Source: Opitutales bacterium
GTDB lineage: Bacteria; Verrucomicrobiota; Verrucomicrobiia; Opitutales; Coraliomargaritaceae
DNA length: 32,159 bases
Reading direction: 5' to 3'
Assembly: GCA_049598495.1 (NCBI GenBank)
Contig: JBMYNR010000007.1
Location: forward strand, 1 to 32,159
Position 1 is the first letter of the stretch; each line of letters begins with the position of its first letter. The notes under the pieces were generated by a model. The model saw nothing but the letters and a program-made list of their open reading frames with translations. It was not told the DNA's origin and ran no database searches. Shown here piece by piece: positions 16,907 through 26,774 of the stretch. The position numbers and the translations under genes are program-made.

Positions 16907-19747
16907 ATGAGGCGATGGTCGACGCAAGGAATCCGCTCAAAGTCAGTCGTATCGACTGCCTTTCTCGCCCTGCTGTTTTCATCCCTGAACGGCAACACCC
17001 TGCGAGAGCAAGTGGATGCTGCGGTGGCCGCATTCAGTAATGGGAATTATACGCAAGCCTACTGGACCTTCGAGAGCATCGAGCTCGACTACGGGAAGGA
17101 GCCCGAATTCCTCCATCCCGAATTTCAAAAGACCGTGCTCCCGGTGCGGGCCTACTCGGCACTCATGGCCGACCGCCCAACCGATGCCCTCGTCTTTTTT
17201 CGTCAACTGCTCATCGGACACGAACCGCGGGACGGGGTCCGCGCCTTTGTGATCTATAACTCCGCGATCGCACTCACACAAACCCATGCTCTTGCGGCCG
17301 CCGCCGAGGCCTTTGCCAGCTTTCAGACTAACTTTCCCAACTCAAATGAAGCGGCCCTCGCCCAACTACAGGAAGCGGACTTGCTTCATGAAATCGGCGA
17401 AACCGATCGTGCCATGGAGCAACTGGCAGACTTCTTCGAATCCTCCGCACCCGCCAACCTACGAATGCAGGCACGCTTGAGAGCCCTCCAAATCGCCAGC
17501 GAATCCGGCGACGCGATGACCGCGGAGGCAATCTTGTTTGAGACCGATTGGAACGTGGCGGCGATGCCGGATATCGCGGTTCTTAGTTTTGCAGCTCTGG
17601 ATGCCGGCGACCTGCTCATGGGCGAGGGCGAGTTTCTCAAGGCGATCCGCGCCTACCGACTGACCCTTCCGCGAGATATCCTTATCGAAAAACAGCGCGA
17701 ACGCCTCGTTGCCACCCAGCAGAATTTTGCCCAACAAGCCACCTTGGCCTCCAGCATCTGGAAGAGTCATTCCACTCAACTGATCGCCCGACTCCAACGG
17801 CAACTGGATCGGCTCGAGAATATGGAAGACTACACCGCGGGCCTCTACCTTCGCTCAGGGCAGGCCTACCTGCTCGCCCGCCGCCACCGGGAGGCGGCGA
17901 TCCTCTTCAAGACCATTGCCCTCGAGGAAGCCTACGAGACGAATCTACGCGCGGAAGCACATTATCGATGGATTCTCGCGCTCAGCGAAGCCAAGCAATG
18001 GGAACCCGCTCGCCAGACCGCCCGGCAGTTTCTCGAACGACATCCTAAGCACGAACTGGCCAACAGCGCACTCTTTCTTATCGCTCGTGCCCATCAAGGC
18101 CAGGGGCACTTCCTTGATGCCATTGAAGTCCTAGATACCCTGATTGAAAACTATCCGGACGATAAACAGGCTCCTCGCTGGCATTTTACCCGCGGCTACA
18201 ACTACAGTGTTCTTGAGCGCCAAACCAAAGCACGGGAGAATTTCGAAGTGGCACTCGACCGCTACCCGAAGGGTGAGTTGGCCACACAATTGGAAATGTG
18301 GGTAGGCCTCACCCATTTTTTCGAGCGAGACTACGAAAATAGCCTCGATATCCTTACCGACCTCGCTGAACGCAGTAGCAAACATCCCCTGTATCCTGAA
18401 ATTCGATACCGTATCGGAAACATCTACTACGCACAGAGAGATTATAAGAGCGCCCTTGATATTATTGAAACCACCATCCGGGACTACCCGGAACACGCGC
18501 GCTACGGCGAATCACTGGCATTGAAAGGCGATATCTTCATGGGCCTAGGCGAGCTGGAGGTAGCGGCGAGCGCCTTCCGCGAGGTCCCGCCCGACGAACC
18601 GAGGATCTACGACTATGCCGTTTTCCAAGCCTCCAAGATCTACAAGGCACTGGAGCGCTATGATCTGATGCGCGAACACCTCCAAGTTTATGTGAATCGT
18701 CCCGACGCGAGCAAACGTTCTCGCATTAGTGAAGCCCTCTACTGGATCGGTTGGTCGTTCCGGCAGGAATCGCGGACGGAGGAAGCCTTCCCTCTTTTTG
18801 AGGCTGCCCTTGATCGTTTCGGCAACGACCCGAAGGCACGTGCAGTCAGCGAGATCCTGCAAGCCTACTCCGAGCTGTTCCGACGAAGCGAAACGACAAT
18901 AATCAGCTTTGATACATGGCTGCAGGAAAACAGTGAGCAGGCCCTCGCCGAGAATCAACTCACTTGGTTTGCACGGCTCACCCTCTACACCGCTCAGCGT
19001 CAGCGACGTATGATGGACGATACCACTGCTGATGCGACGCTTCTTTCAATCCATCGCTTGGTGCCGATTCAGGAGCAATCGCCTGAAGCCCTCGCGAAAG
19101 TAGGCCTCGTACTCGTCGAACGAGGATATGAATCCTCCGACGATTATTTCGAAGAACTCCTGAACGAATACCCCTCCCGATTCGATCGAGCCTACGCCTA
19201 TTACGGGAAGGCGCTTCTAGCTGCGCAGAAGCAGCGCCTGGACGAGTCCCGTCGATGGTTGATACGCTTTCTCGAAGAGACGCCCACCCACCCGCTGGCC
19301 GCGGACGCCCGTTTGCTCGCTGCGGATGTTCTTACACGTCAGGGCGTCTACCAAGCCGCCCGAGAAGCGCTCAATGAGATCCTCCAGATCAAGGCCATGC
19401 GCGGGCAACCGCACGCACGGGCACTGGCAGGGCTGGCACGACTTGAGATGGAGACTGCCAATAGCACTCGGGCGATTCCCTATTGGCAGCGGATCTACAC
19501 CCTTTACCGCGCATACCCCGAGCTAGTTGCGGAAGCCTACTGGGAGAGCGCCCAACTCTTCGAAGTAATCGACGATCCCATCGCGGCACGCAACACGGTT
19601 GTCGAAATGCTCCAAGACGAGAGACTCAAGAACCTACCCCAGTATGCGCTTGCGGAAGCGGCGCTCCCCAGACTGGAGGCACTTGCGCGGGCGCGCAGCA
19701 CCGTAGTGGAGCAAGGAGATACCCAGGAAACGGAGGTGGAGTTGTGA
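16907..19747 (+). CDS. Large exported tetratricopeptide-repeat protein (946 aa)
   Basis: Signal-like N-terminus and many helical repeats of the type (Y/F)P..E.A..A. Start placed at ATG 16907 because the longer ORF overlaps the tRNA. Confidence 0.85.
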   Translation: MRRWSTQGIRSKSVVSTAFLALLFSSLNGNTLREQVDAAVAAFSNGNYTQAYWTFESIELDYGKEPEFLHPEFQKTVLPVRAYSALMADRPTDALVFFRQLLIGHEPRDGVRAFVIYNSAIALTQTHALAAAAEAFASFQTNFPNSNEAALAQLQEADLLHEIGETDRAMEQLADFFESSAPANLRMQARLRALQIASESGDAMTAEAILFETDWNVAAMPDIAVLSFAALDAGDLLMGEGEFLKAIRAYRLTLPRDILIEKQRERLVATQQNFAQQATLASSIWKSHSTQLIARLQRQLDRLENMEDYTAGLYLRSGQAYLLARRHREAAILFKTIALEEAYETNLRAEAHYRWILALSEAKQWEPARQTARQFLERHPKHELANSALFLIARAHQGQGHFLDAIEVLDTLIENYPDDKQAPRWHFTRGYNYSVLERQTKARENFEVALDRYPKGELATQLEMWVGLTHFFERDYENSLDILTDLAERSSKHPLYPEIRYRIGNIYYAQRDYKSALDIIETTIRDYPEHARYGESLALKGDIFMGLGELEVAASAFREVPPDEPRIYDYAVFQASKIYKALERYDLMREHLQVYVNRPDASKRSRISEALYWIGWSFRQESRTEEAFPLFEAALDRFGNDPKARAVSEILQAYSELFRRSETTIISFDTWLQENSEQALAENQLTWFARLTLYTAQRQRRMMDDTTADATLLSIHRLVPIQEQSPEALAKVGLVLVERGYESSDDYFEELLNEYPSRFDRAYAYYGKALLAAQKQRLDESRRWLIRFLEETPTHPLAADARLLAADVLTRQGVYQAAREALNEILQIKAMRGQPHARALAGLARLEMETANSTRAIPYWQRIYTLYRAYPELVAEAYWESAQLFEVIDDPIAARNTVVEMLQDERLKNLPQYALAEAALPRLEALARARSTVVEQGDTQETEVEL

Positions 19748-20730
19748 GTCAGTGGCTTGGTAATGTTGGAGTCCCGCCTTTAGGCGGCAGTGCGCCCGTG
19801 GCCAAACAGACTCGACCGCCTAAAGGCGGAACTCCAACACTTTACATCCTCTCACTGGCTCTCGCCAGCGTCCTACCCGCTTCGCTTCGAGCGATCTCCC
19901 CGGACGAGTTGGCAACAATCCGGACGGAACTCAGAGAGCCGATAACCCTAAAGTTAAGTAACCGAAACACAGTAATCGGAAACCCGGTTAATGTATCCAA
20001 CGATTCTATACAGATGGCTTCCGCGGAGGGTGCCGGCGAGATTGTCTTTACATTCCGCGCCGAGGAGATCCGCCAGATCGACGTGCCCGGGGAAAGCTAC
20101 AAGACACTTGCTCTCGAATGGATGCGGAGCGGACAAACCGAAGATGCCTTGGAATTGATGGGGCTTCTCTACAAGCAACGGGGGCCACTACTCCCCCTTA
20201 TGCCGGCTAGTGAGTCGCATTTTTTTGTCTATTACGCGGACCTTGTCCTGGATTCGCCCAAGCCGGCGCGCGCCATCGCGATCACGGAGAACCTGCGGCC
20301 GCAGATCGAGAACCCGGAGGCACTCCGTATGCTCGATGATGCCCTCCTTGAAAGCTACCAAACACTCGAACTCTACGAGCAAGCCGCCCCACTGGCTGAA
20401 AAATGGCTGGAGGAGCGCAACCCCTATGGCGAGAGTGCCCTCGGCTACTACGTGCTTGCGGCCTCTAAACTGCGTTCTGAAGCGTATGATGAAGCATTGG
20501 AATTCAGCCTAGAGCCAATTGTCTTCTCCTCCCCCATTCCGACTGACAAATTAGCGCACTGCTACGCGGTCGCCGTATCGGCGGCTCTAGGGTTGCGCGA
20601 ACGGGCATACGCCACCACCCTCTATCGCGAAATGGTGGAACGCGGCCTCGCTTGGCCAGCCGATGACAGGACTCTCGAACCTTACTTCAACAAATTAAAA
20701 GAATACATCGAACAACATGAACCCTCTTAA
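19744..20730 (+). CDS. Exported hypothetical protein, helical/TPR-like
   Basis: GTGA overlap with the upstream stop, GGAGG at 19732-19736, hydrophobic signal LYILSLALASVLPASLRA; overlaps the exbB-like start. Confidence 0.75.
   Translation: MSQWLGNVGVPPLGGSAPVAKQTRPPKGGTPTLYILSLALASVLPASLRAISPDELATIRTELREPITLKLSNRNTVIGNPVNVSNDSIQMASAEGAGEIVFTFRAEEIRQIDVPGESYKTLALEWMRSGQTEDALELMGLLYKQRGPLLPLMPASESHFFVYYADLVLDSPKPARAIAITENLRPQIENPEALRMLDDALLESYQTLELYEQAAPLAEKWLEERNPYGESALGYYVLAASKLRSEAYDEALEFSLEPIVFSSPIPTDKLAHCYAVAVSAALGLRERAYATTLYREMVERGLAWPADDRTLEPYFNKLKEYIEQHEPS
19764..19839. repeat. REP-like inverted doublet inside a coding region
   Basis: 24-bp arms at 19764-19787 and 19816-19839 (23/24 complementary), each containing the palindrome CCGCCT-NN-AGGCGG. 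Confidence 0.85.
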
Positions 20731-21433
20731 AGTTGCCTCGTCATCCACCCTAATCTCGATTCTGGCATTTTCAATGCCTGCCGTGGCTCACGCGCAGGAG
20801 TCCCTTGAGGCAGGCGAAGAAAGTCTCAGTTTATGGGGACTTATCCAGCAAGGCGGTTGGGCCATGTATCCGCTCGGGTTTTGCTCCTTGGCAATGCTCT
20901 TCCTTATATTCTACTCGTGGAAGGAAACGAGCCGAAAGAAATTCTACTTGGCTGACCAAGTGGCCGCGGCCAAGGCAGCCGTGGGCGGCGGCGACCTCGA
21001 AAAAGGTGAAACCGGCATGGCTGCCAGCAAGACCCTGCTTGGCCGAGCGCTCGCTCCGGCGATTTCGAAATTAGCCAATGACCGCAAGAAGGCTGAAAAT
21101 CTCTTCGTCGAAAATCTGGAGGCCGAGGAAAACTCGGTCAGCCAGTGGGTCACCTATCTGAATGTTGTCGCATCCGTAGCGCCAATGATCGGGCTACTCG
21201 GAACGGTGAGCGGTATGATTAGTGCCTTCCAAACCATTGGTCGCGGCGGGATGGGGCGACCGGAACTACTCGCCGGGGACATTGGCGAGGCACTGATTAC
21301 GACCGCCACGGGGCTTGTTATCGGCATACCGGCAATGATTGCCTACTTCGTGCTCAAGAATCGCCTAAACACTGCCATGATTGCCACCGCTCAAGCGGGC
21401 ACGGAAGTCATCGAAGCCGGCGACAAGCACTAG
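20717..21433 (+). CDS. MotA/TolQ/ExbB proton channel family protein
   Basis: GGWAMYPL, APMIGLLGTVSGMI and GIGEAL-like DIGEALITTATGL.IGIPA motifs. Confidence 0.92.
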   Translation: MNPLKVASSSTLISILAFSMPAVAHAQESLEAGEESLSLWGLIQQGGWAMYPLGFCSLAMLFLIFYSWKETSRKKFYLADQVAAAKAAVGGGDLEKGETGMAASKTLLGRALAPAISKLANDRKKAENLFVENLEAEENSVSQWVTYLNVVASVAPMIGLLGTVSGMISAFQTIGRGGMGRPELLAGDIGEALITTATGLVIGIPAMIAYFVLKNRLNTAMIATAQAGTEVIEAGDKH

Positions 21434-21507
21434 TGCATTCCGCATCTAATACAAATGAAGCCACGGCCCTCTGTCGCCGTGCCAAGCAAGAATACGTCTC
21501 AGCAGAT

Positions 21508-21540
21508 CCGTCTTCGCTCTGCGAGCTGCGTCGGGACATG
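21508..21540. repeat. Short hairpin repeat (CTTCGCTCTNCGAGCTNCG family) between convergent genes
   Basis: Core 21512-21530 matches 32110-32128 at 17/19. Confidence 0.6.
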
Positions 21541-21549
21541 GTGAGGCGG

Positions 21550-21924
21550 CTACATCTGGGGTTCATTCAACTGAATGCCGCCTTCTCTCTTGCCCCTCAC
21601 GTATTCTAAGGCGGTAACACCGGTGACCCAGTCTAAATACTTCTGCCCGACTGACTCGGGACGCAGCACAATCCACTCCGGCACCTCGTAGGCATGGTTC
21701 TCCATGATGAAGGCCTCGATCGCCTCACCATGACGTGCGGGAAATTTTATAGTCAGCCGGATTTCCGAGTGGTCCTCAAGCTGGCCCTTCCAGCGATAGA
21801 GCGAACGGACATTTGCATCGATCTTAACACAGGCAGCCAGACCTCGATCCAGGAGCCCCCTGGCAATACGGTCGGCCATGTTGGGATCGTCGCAAGATGT
21901 GAGACCTATGCGTAATTCATTGAT
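21550..21924 (-). CDS. cutA: Divalent-cation tolerance protein CutA (start codon uncertain)
   Basis: LAACV, SLYRWKG, and HAYEVPE motifs. The frame is open upstream of ATG 21879 as INELRIGLTSCDD, with ATC at 21924. Confidence 0.8.
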   Translation of the reverse strand: MNELRIGLTSCDDPNMADRIARGLLDRGLAACVKIDANVRSLYRWKGQLEDHSEIRLTIKFPARHGEAIEAFIMENHAYEVPEWIVLRPESVGQKYLDWVTGVTALEYVRGKREGGIQLNEPQM

Positions 21925-21930
21925 AACGAA

Positions 21931-23388
21931 TCAACGATGATCCCATGGCAGTTGCACGTCAACAAGTTCGTGATCCCACACCTCAAAGGGCTCAAAAATC
22001 TTGCCGGGATTCAGAATGCCCTTCGGGTCGAGGGCGTCTTTAACGGCACGCATGGCCGCGATTTCGGCCGCACTGTGCTGCATAGACATGAAGGGGATCT
22101 TGGCCAGCCCGATGCCATGCTCGCCGGTGATGACTCCGCCGAGGTCGACGACTTTTTGCATGAGTTTACGGATGCCCAGCTTCGCTTTCTCCGCATCAAC
22201 TGGATTGCCCCGATCATACATGATATGCACATGCAAATTTCCATCGCCGGCATGACCGAAAGTCGGCGTGGCGAGGCCGATCTCTTTTTTCAGGGCGATG
22301 GTGTATCGGATCAACTCGGCCTGCTTTTCGATCGGCACGACGACGTCTTCATTCAGCTTAGTATCGGCCAAGGAGAACATGGACTGGGAACAAGTGCGGC
22401 GCACCTGCCAGAGCTTTTCCGCCTGAGTCTCTGTTCGTGCCTCTCGGAGTGCCACCGCGCGCGCTTGCATAAAATCCAGCAACCGACTTCGTTGTTCACG
22501 AACTTCAGCGGTCCGCCCGTCTAACTCAACCAAAAGGATGGCCGCACGGGAATGCCCCGGAAAGATCACCTCGCCCGCGTAAGATTCGGCGCAACCGACT
22601 GATTGCTTGTCCAGGAACTCGAGGATTGAGGGACTGATGTCCTTCTTAAAAAGAGCGACTACGGCGCGCAAGGCGGCCGCCTCCGTGTTAAAAGCAAACA
22701 TGCCCGTCCAGCGACGCTCCGGCTTGGGGATCAGCTTGAGGTTCGCCTCGGTCACGACGCCGAGCGTGCCTTCCGAACCGATCATAAGATCGCGCAAATT
22801 CAGACCGGACACATATTTCTTGAGCGGGAGGCCTAAGCGAAAGGGACTGCCATCCGCAAAGAACCCGCCCAGACCGAGGACATAATCGCGAGTCACCCCA
22901 TATTTGACACAACGCATACCACCTGCATTGCAGGCAATGTTACCACCGATGGTAGAGTATTTTTTTGAGGAAGGATCAGGAGGAAAAAACAAGCCGAGAG
23001 CTTCCACTTTAGCCTGTAAGTCAGATGTAATCACCCCCGCACCAGCTGTCACAATTCGGGCAACGGGATCGATCTTCATCTGATTCAATCCCGAAAGATC
23101 GAGCACCCAGCCACCGCGGATCGGCACGGCTGAACCTGTCGCCGATGAACCCGCACCGCGGGCGGTGACCGGCACTTTATATTTGGAAGCTACGCGCAGA
23201 ACCTGCCCGACTTGGTCTGCCGTCTGCACACAAATGACAGCCTCCGGCATGAAAGAAAGTCTCAGATTGTCCAGTGAGGCAGTAAAGCGACTGCTAGGAT
23301 CCTCAAACACACAAGCCCCCAGTTCCTGACGCAAGGAACGCATACGTTCGGGAATTTTTTTCTGACGCTTCTTTTTTTTCAGATTCAT
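21931..23388 (-). CDS. FAD-linked oxidase, GlcD / D-lactate dehydrogenase family
   Basis: RGAGSSATG, PPDPSS..STIGGNIACNAGG, GSEGTLG, FGHAGDGNLH, GEHGIG and DPKGILNPGK motifs. Start placed at MNLKK. Confidence 0.9.
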   Translation of the reverse strand: MNLKKKKRQKKIPERMRSLRQELGACVFEDPSSRFTASLDNLRLSFMPEAVICVQTADQVGQVLRVASKYKVPVTARGAGSSATGSAVPIRGGWVLDLSGLNQMKIDPVARIVTAGAGVITSDLQAKVEALGLFFPPDPSSKKYSTIGGNIACNAGGMRCVKYGVTRDYVLGLGGFFADGSPFRLGLPLKKYVSGLNLRDLMIGSEGTLGVVTEANLKLIPKPERRWTGMFAFNTEAAALRAVVALFKKDISPSILEFLDKQSVGCAESYAGEVIFPGHSRAAILLVELDGRTAEVREQRSRLLDFMQARAVALREARTETQAEKLWQVRRTCSQSMFSLADTKLNEDVVVPIEKQAELIRYTIALKKEIGLATPTFGHAGDGNLHVHIMYDRGNPVDAEKAKLGIRKLMQKVVDLGGVITGEHGIGLAKIPFMSMQHSAAEIAAMRAVKDALDPKGILNPGKIFEPFEVWDHELVDVQLPWDHR

Positions 23389-23766
23389 AGACTTGGCTGG
23401 AAAGAACCATCCATAGAATGGGCCATAACTCAACGTTAACCACAAAGTAGGGAACGTCGAGTCCACGCTGAGGTATGCATGATGAACTTCAGGAAAACCT
23501 CAGGCAACGTCTGTAGAATCCTTTGCCCACCGATATACTTACACGGGAAAAATTAAAGCCTCCTCGCCTCAAAAAGAAATCTGAGAGCAACCTACAACCT
23601 AACAGACGAGTGCTCCATATCGGTCGCGACAGGATGCATTCGCTTCGGATTTCTATAATAGACATCTTAGATCCGTAGGATACTCCGGGCAAATGAATTG
23701 CCTGAGATATCATATCGCTCCATTTTTCGTTGCACAAAGAGCCGCAGAGAGCATCTTCTGCCCGCT

Positions 23767-24870
23767 ATGCTTCAAGCTGGTATCGTAGGTCTCCCCAATG
23801 TGGGAAAAAGTACGCTGTTCAACGCCCTAACACGCACACGAAAGGCGGAGTCGGCCAATTATCCATTCTGCACGATCGATCCAAATGTCGGAGTCGTACA
23901 AGTGCCAGATGCCCGTCTGGAACCCTTGCGAGAGATCGCCAAGACCGACAAGGTGATTCCTGCGGCCATTGAGTTTGTCGACATCGCCGGACTCGTCGCG
24001 GGCGCCAGCAAGGGAGAAGGCCTGGGCAACAAGTTCCTAGCCAATATCCGCGAAGTGGACGCCATTGTGCATGTCGTTCGCTGCTTTGAAGATGATGATA
24101 TTATCCACAACATGGGCTCGATCCACCCAATCCGGGACATTGAGGTCATCAACACCGAGTTGATCCTCTCCGACATCAGCTCTCTTGAAAGCCAGCAGGA
24201 AAAACTGGTGAAAAAAGCACGAGGAGGCGACAAGGAGGCGAAAGAGAATCTTGAACTGATCGAACGACTACTCCCACATCTCAACGAGACCAAGCCTGCC
24301 ATTACTCTAGCGATGAACGAGGATGAGCATATCGTACTCAAGCGCCTCTGTCTGCTTTCAGCTAAGCGTGTGCTCTATGCCTGCAATGTAGCCGAAAGCG
24401 ACCTCGCCAAGCCCTCCGAGAATGCGTTTGTCGGAGAAGTCGAAAAATATGCAGCCGAACATCACGGTGCAGGTATTTGTGTAATTTCAGCGGCGGTCGA
24501 GGCCGAACTGATCGATTTCGACGATGATGAAGCGGCCGAATACCTCGAATCGCTCGGGGTGAAGGATTCCGGCGTCTCCCTGCTTATCCGAGCCACCTAT
24601 AACCTGCTCGGGCTCGCCTCCTACTTCACCGCGGGCGTGCAGGAAGTGCGCGCCTGGACTTTCAAGAAGGGGATGAAGGCGCCGCAGTGTGCGGGCGTGA
24701 TTCACACCGATTTCCAAAGCGGTTTTATCAAAGCCGAAGTCGTGGCCTACGAAGACCTCGTCACCGCCGGCAGTGTCGCAGGTGCCCGCGATGCGGGAAA
24801 ATATCGACTCGAGGGCAAGGATTACGAATTTCAAGACGGCGATGTCGCCCTCTTTCGTTTCAACAACTAA
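23767..24870 (+). CDS. ychF: Ribosome-binding ATPase YchF
   Basis: GIVGLPNVGKSTLFN, NYPFCTIDPN, DIAGLV.GASKGEGLGN and a C-terminal TGS domain. Confidence 0.97.
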   Translation: MLQAGIVGLPNVGKSTLFNALTRTRKAESANYPFCTIDPNVGVVQVPDARLEPLREIAKTDKVIPAAIEFVDIAGLVAGASKGEGLGNKFLANIREVDAIVHVVRCFEDDDIIHNMGSIHPIRDIEVINTELILSDISSLESQQEKLVKKARGGDKEAKENLELIERLLPHLNETKPAITLAMNEDEHIVLKRLCLLSAKRVLYACNVAESDLAKPSENAFVGEVEKYAAEHHGAGICVISAAVEAELIDFDDDEAAEYLESLGVKDSGVSLLIRATYNLLGLASYFTAGVQEVRAWTFKKGMKAPQCAGVIHTDFQSGFIKAEVVAYEDLVTAGSVAGARDAGKYRLEGKDYEFQDGDVALFRFNN

Positions 24871-24944
24871 TCACCCGCATTAGTTGCAGAAATACGGGAG
24901 TTCGACTGATTGACCTTTTTCGACAAGCTAGCCTCATCGACAAC

Positions 24945-25580
24945 ATGCTTCCAAAATCTGCAGTGATCGTTCCCGCAGCCTTCGCTCTCGCAATTGGCCT
25001 GCTGCTGAGCGGTTGCGATTCGGCGCAGCCGACGAGTTATCGCATCCCCAAGGAAGAACGGACGGTCGCCATGCCCGCCCCTGTCGATACAGAGAAGCAG
25101 GCCCTGGCAGGTGCAGCAGGCATGCGCATCCTTCCTGGGATGCAGGAAGCGGCCGACGAGGCCGGTAGAGTCAGCTACACCGTCCCCGAAGGCTGGGAGG
25201 AGTTCCCTGCAAGCGGTATTCGCAAAGCCAATCTCAAAGTCGCTGACGAAAACGGAAGCGCTGAGCTAACCGTCTTAGCCTTTCCTGGCGATGTGGGCGG
25301 CACACTGGCTAACATCAACCGATGGCGTGGACAGATAGGACTCAGGGAAGCGACGGCGAAAGATCTACCTGCGTTTACCGAGAACTACACGATTTCCAAA
25401 CACAAAGGCCTCTACGTCCGTCTCGAAGGGAGCACGCAGAGTATCCTCGGCGGGCTACTTCCGTTTCATGGCTACACTTGGTTCTTCAAACTCCAAGGCA
25501 CAAGTATGACAGTCCTTACCAACGAAGCGAAGATGAAGTCCTTCCTCGATTCTATCGAACTGGAAGACAATCACCACTAA
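24945..25580 (+). CDS. Hypothetical lipoprotein heading the cytochrome c biogenesis cluster
   Basis: Lipobox LSG-C; PEGW and GGTLANINRWRGQIGL segments; stop lies 1 bp before the next ATG. Confidence 0.75.
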   Translation: MLPKSAVIVPAAFALAIGLLLSGCDSAQPTSYRIPKEERTVAMPAPVDTEKQALAGAAGMRILPGMQEAADEAGRVSYTVPEGWEEFPASGIRKANLKVADENGSAELTVLAFPGDVGGTLANINRWRGQIGLREATAKDLPAFTENYTISKHKGLYVRLEGSTQSILGGLLPFHGYTWFFKLQGTSMTVLTNEAKMKSFLDSIELEDNHH

Positions 25581-25581
25581 G

Positions 25582-26754
25582 ATGAAGTCGCTTTTCCAGT
25601 TCTTCAGCTCACTCAAGCTGACGGTGGTGCTGCTGACCCTTTCATTGGCACTGGTCTTTTTCGGAACACTCGACCAGGTGCACTTCGGTATTTGGCAGAC
25701 GCAGAAACTCTACTTTGAAAGTTTTCTTGTCGTTTGGGCTTACCCGGAACAGTGGCTCCTCCACGACAAACTCTTTTGGGTGCATCTACCCATGCCGGGC
25801 GGCTATCTTTTGGGCGGCCTGCTCTTCGTCAACCTGCTGGCGGCCCACTTCACACGCTTTAAGATGACCTGGAGGAAGAGTGGCATCTTCCTTGTTCACT
25901 TCGGTCTCGTCATGCTTCTCGTCAGCGAGTTGATGACCGATCTGCTTGCGGTGGAAAGCCAGATGCCTGTCGACGAGGGTGGACGAAGCAACTACTCGAC
26001 CAAATTCCGCTCGAACGAGCTCGTCTTTATCGACCGCAGCCATCCCGACTACGATCAGGTGCACGCCATCCCCACGGAGCGACTCATACCGGGCAAGACC
26101 GTCGACGTTCCGGATACGCCGCTACAGATTCGCACCGTCAGCTACTACCCGAACGCCGAAGTCGGGCGCTCAACCGAGGGTCTTAATGCCGGAAGTCCGG
26201 CCACCCGCGGGGCAGCGGTGAAGATGGGCATTGTAATCACCCCACAGGAGGAGAGTTTCGCCGAAGACGACATCAACACGGCGACCGCGTATGTGGAAGT
26301 CCTTGGGCCGGAGGGCTCGCTCGGGGTCTGGCTCGTCTCCAATGTCATCGATGAACGCTTTCCTCCTCAGTTGGTGCAGCTTGGGGACAGCGAGTGGGAG
26401 CTGGCGCTGCGTTTCACGCGGATCTACTACCCGTTCGAGATCGAACTGATCGACTTCGCACACGACAAGTATCCAGGAACCGAAATTCCATTCAATTTCT
26501 CCAGCGAAGTTCATGTGCATCACAACGATCAGACAAAAGACCAGAAAGCACTCATCTACATGAACCATCCGCTACGCTACGAAGGCTATACCTTCTACCA
26601 AGCCTCCTTTGCTAACCAAGACAAGACCTCCATCTTTCAGGTCGTTCGCAACCCCGGCTGGCTCCTGCCCTACCTTAGCGTCCTACTGATGGGCCTCGGC
26701 ATGTGTGTTCAATTCGGCATGCACTTCTTTAACTTTCTGGGTAAGCGCCGATAA
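25582..26754 (+). CDS. ResB/Ccs1-like cytochrome c biogenesis protein (system II)
   Basis: FFSSLKLTV N-terminus, TM histidine in LVHFG, large periplasmic region ending MNHPLRYEGYTFYQAS, C-terminal TM segment. Confidence 0.85.
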   Translation: MKSLFQFFSSLKLTVVLLTLSLALVFFGTLDQVHFGIWQTQKLYFESFLVVWAYPEQWLLHDKLFWVHLPMPGGYLLGGLLFVNLLAAHFTRFKMTWRKSGIFLVHFGLVMLLVSELMTDLLAVESQMPVDEGGRSNYSTKFRSNELVFIDRSHPDYDQVHAIPTERLIPGKTVDVPDTPLQIRTVSYYPNAEVGRSTEGLNAGSPATRGAAVKMGIVITPQEESFAEDDINTATAYVEVLGPEGSLGVWLVSNVIDERFPPQLVQLGDSEWELALRFTRIYYPFEIELIDFAHDKYPGTEIPFNFSSEVHVHHNDQTKDQKALIYMNHPLRYEGYTFYQASFANQDKTSIFQVVRNPGWLLPYLSVLLMGLGMCVQFGMHFFNFLGKRR

Positions 26755-26774
26755 CCAGGCTCTGTATTTCTTGA

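Noticed and set aside
21931..21933. Selenocysteine readthrough fusing the oxidase to CutA
   Set aside because: The oxidase is complete at this stop and no SECIS-like hairpin is evident immediately downstream.
23389..23766. 378-bp intergenic region between the oxidase and ychF as an ncRNA or small-gene locus
   Set aside because: No convincing structure, RNA motif or coding signal; consistent with divergent promoters.
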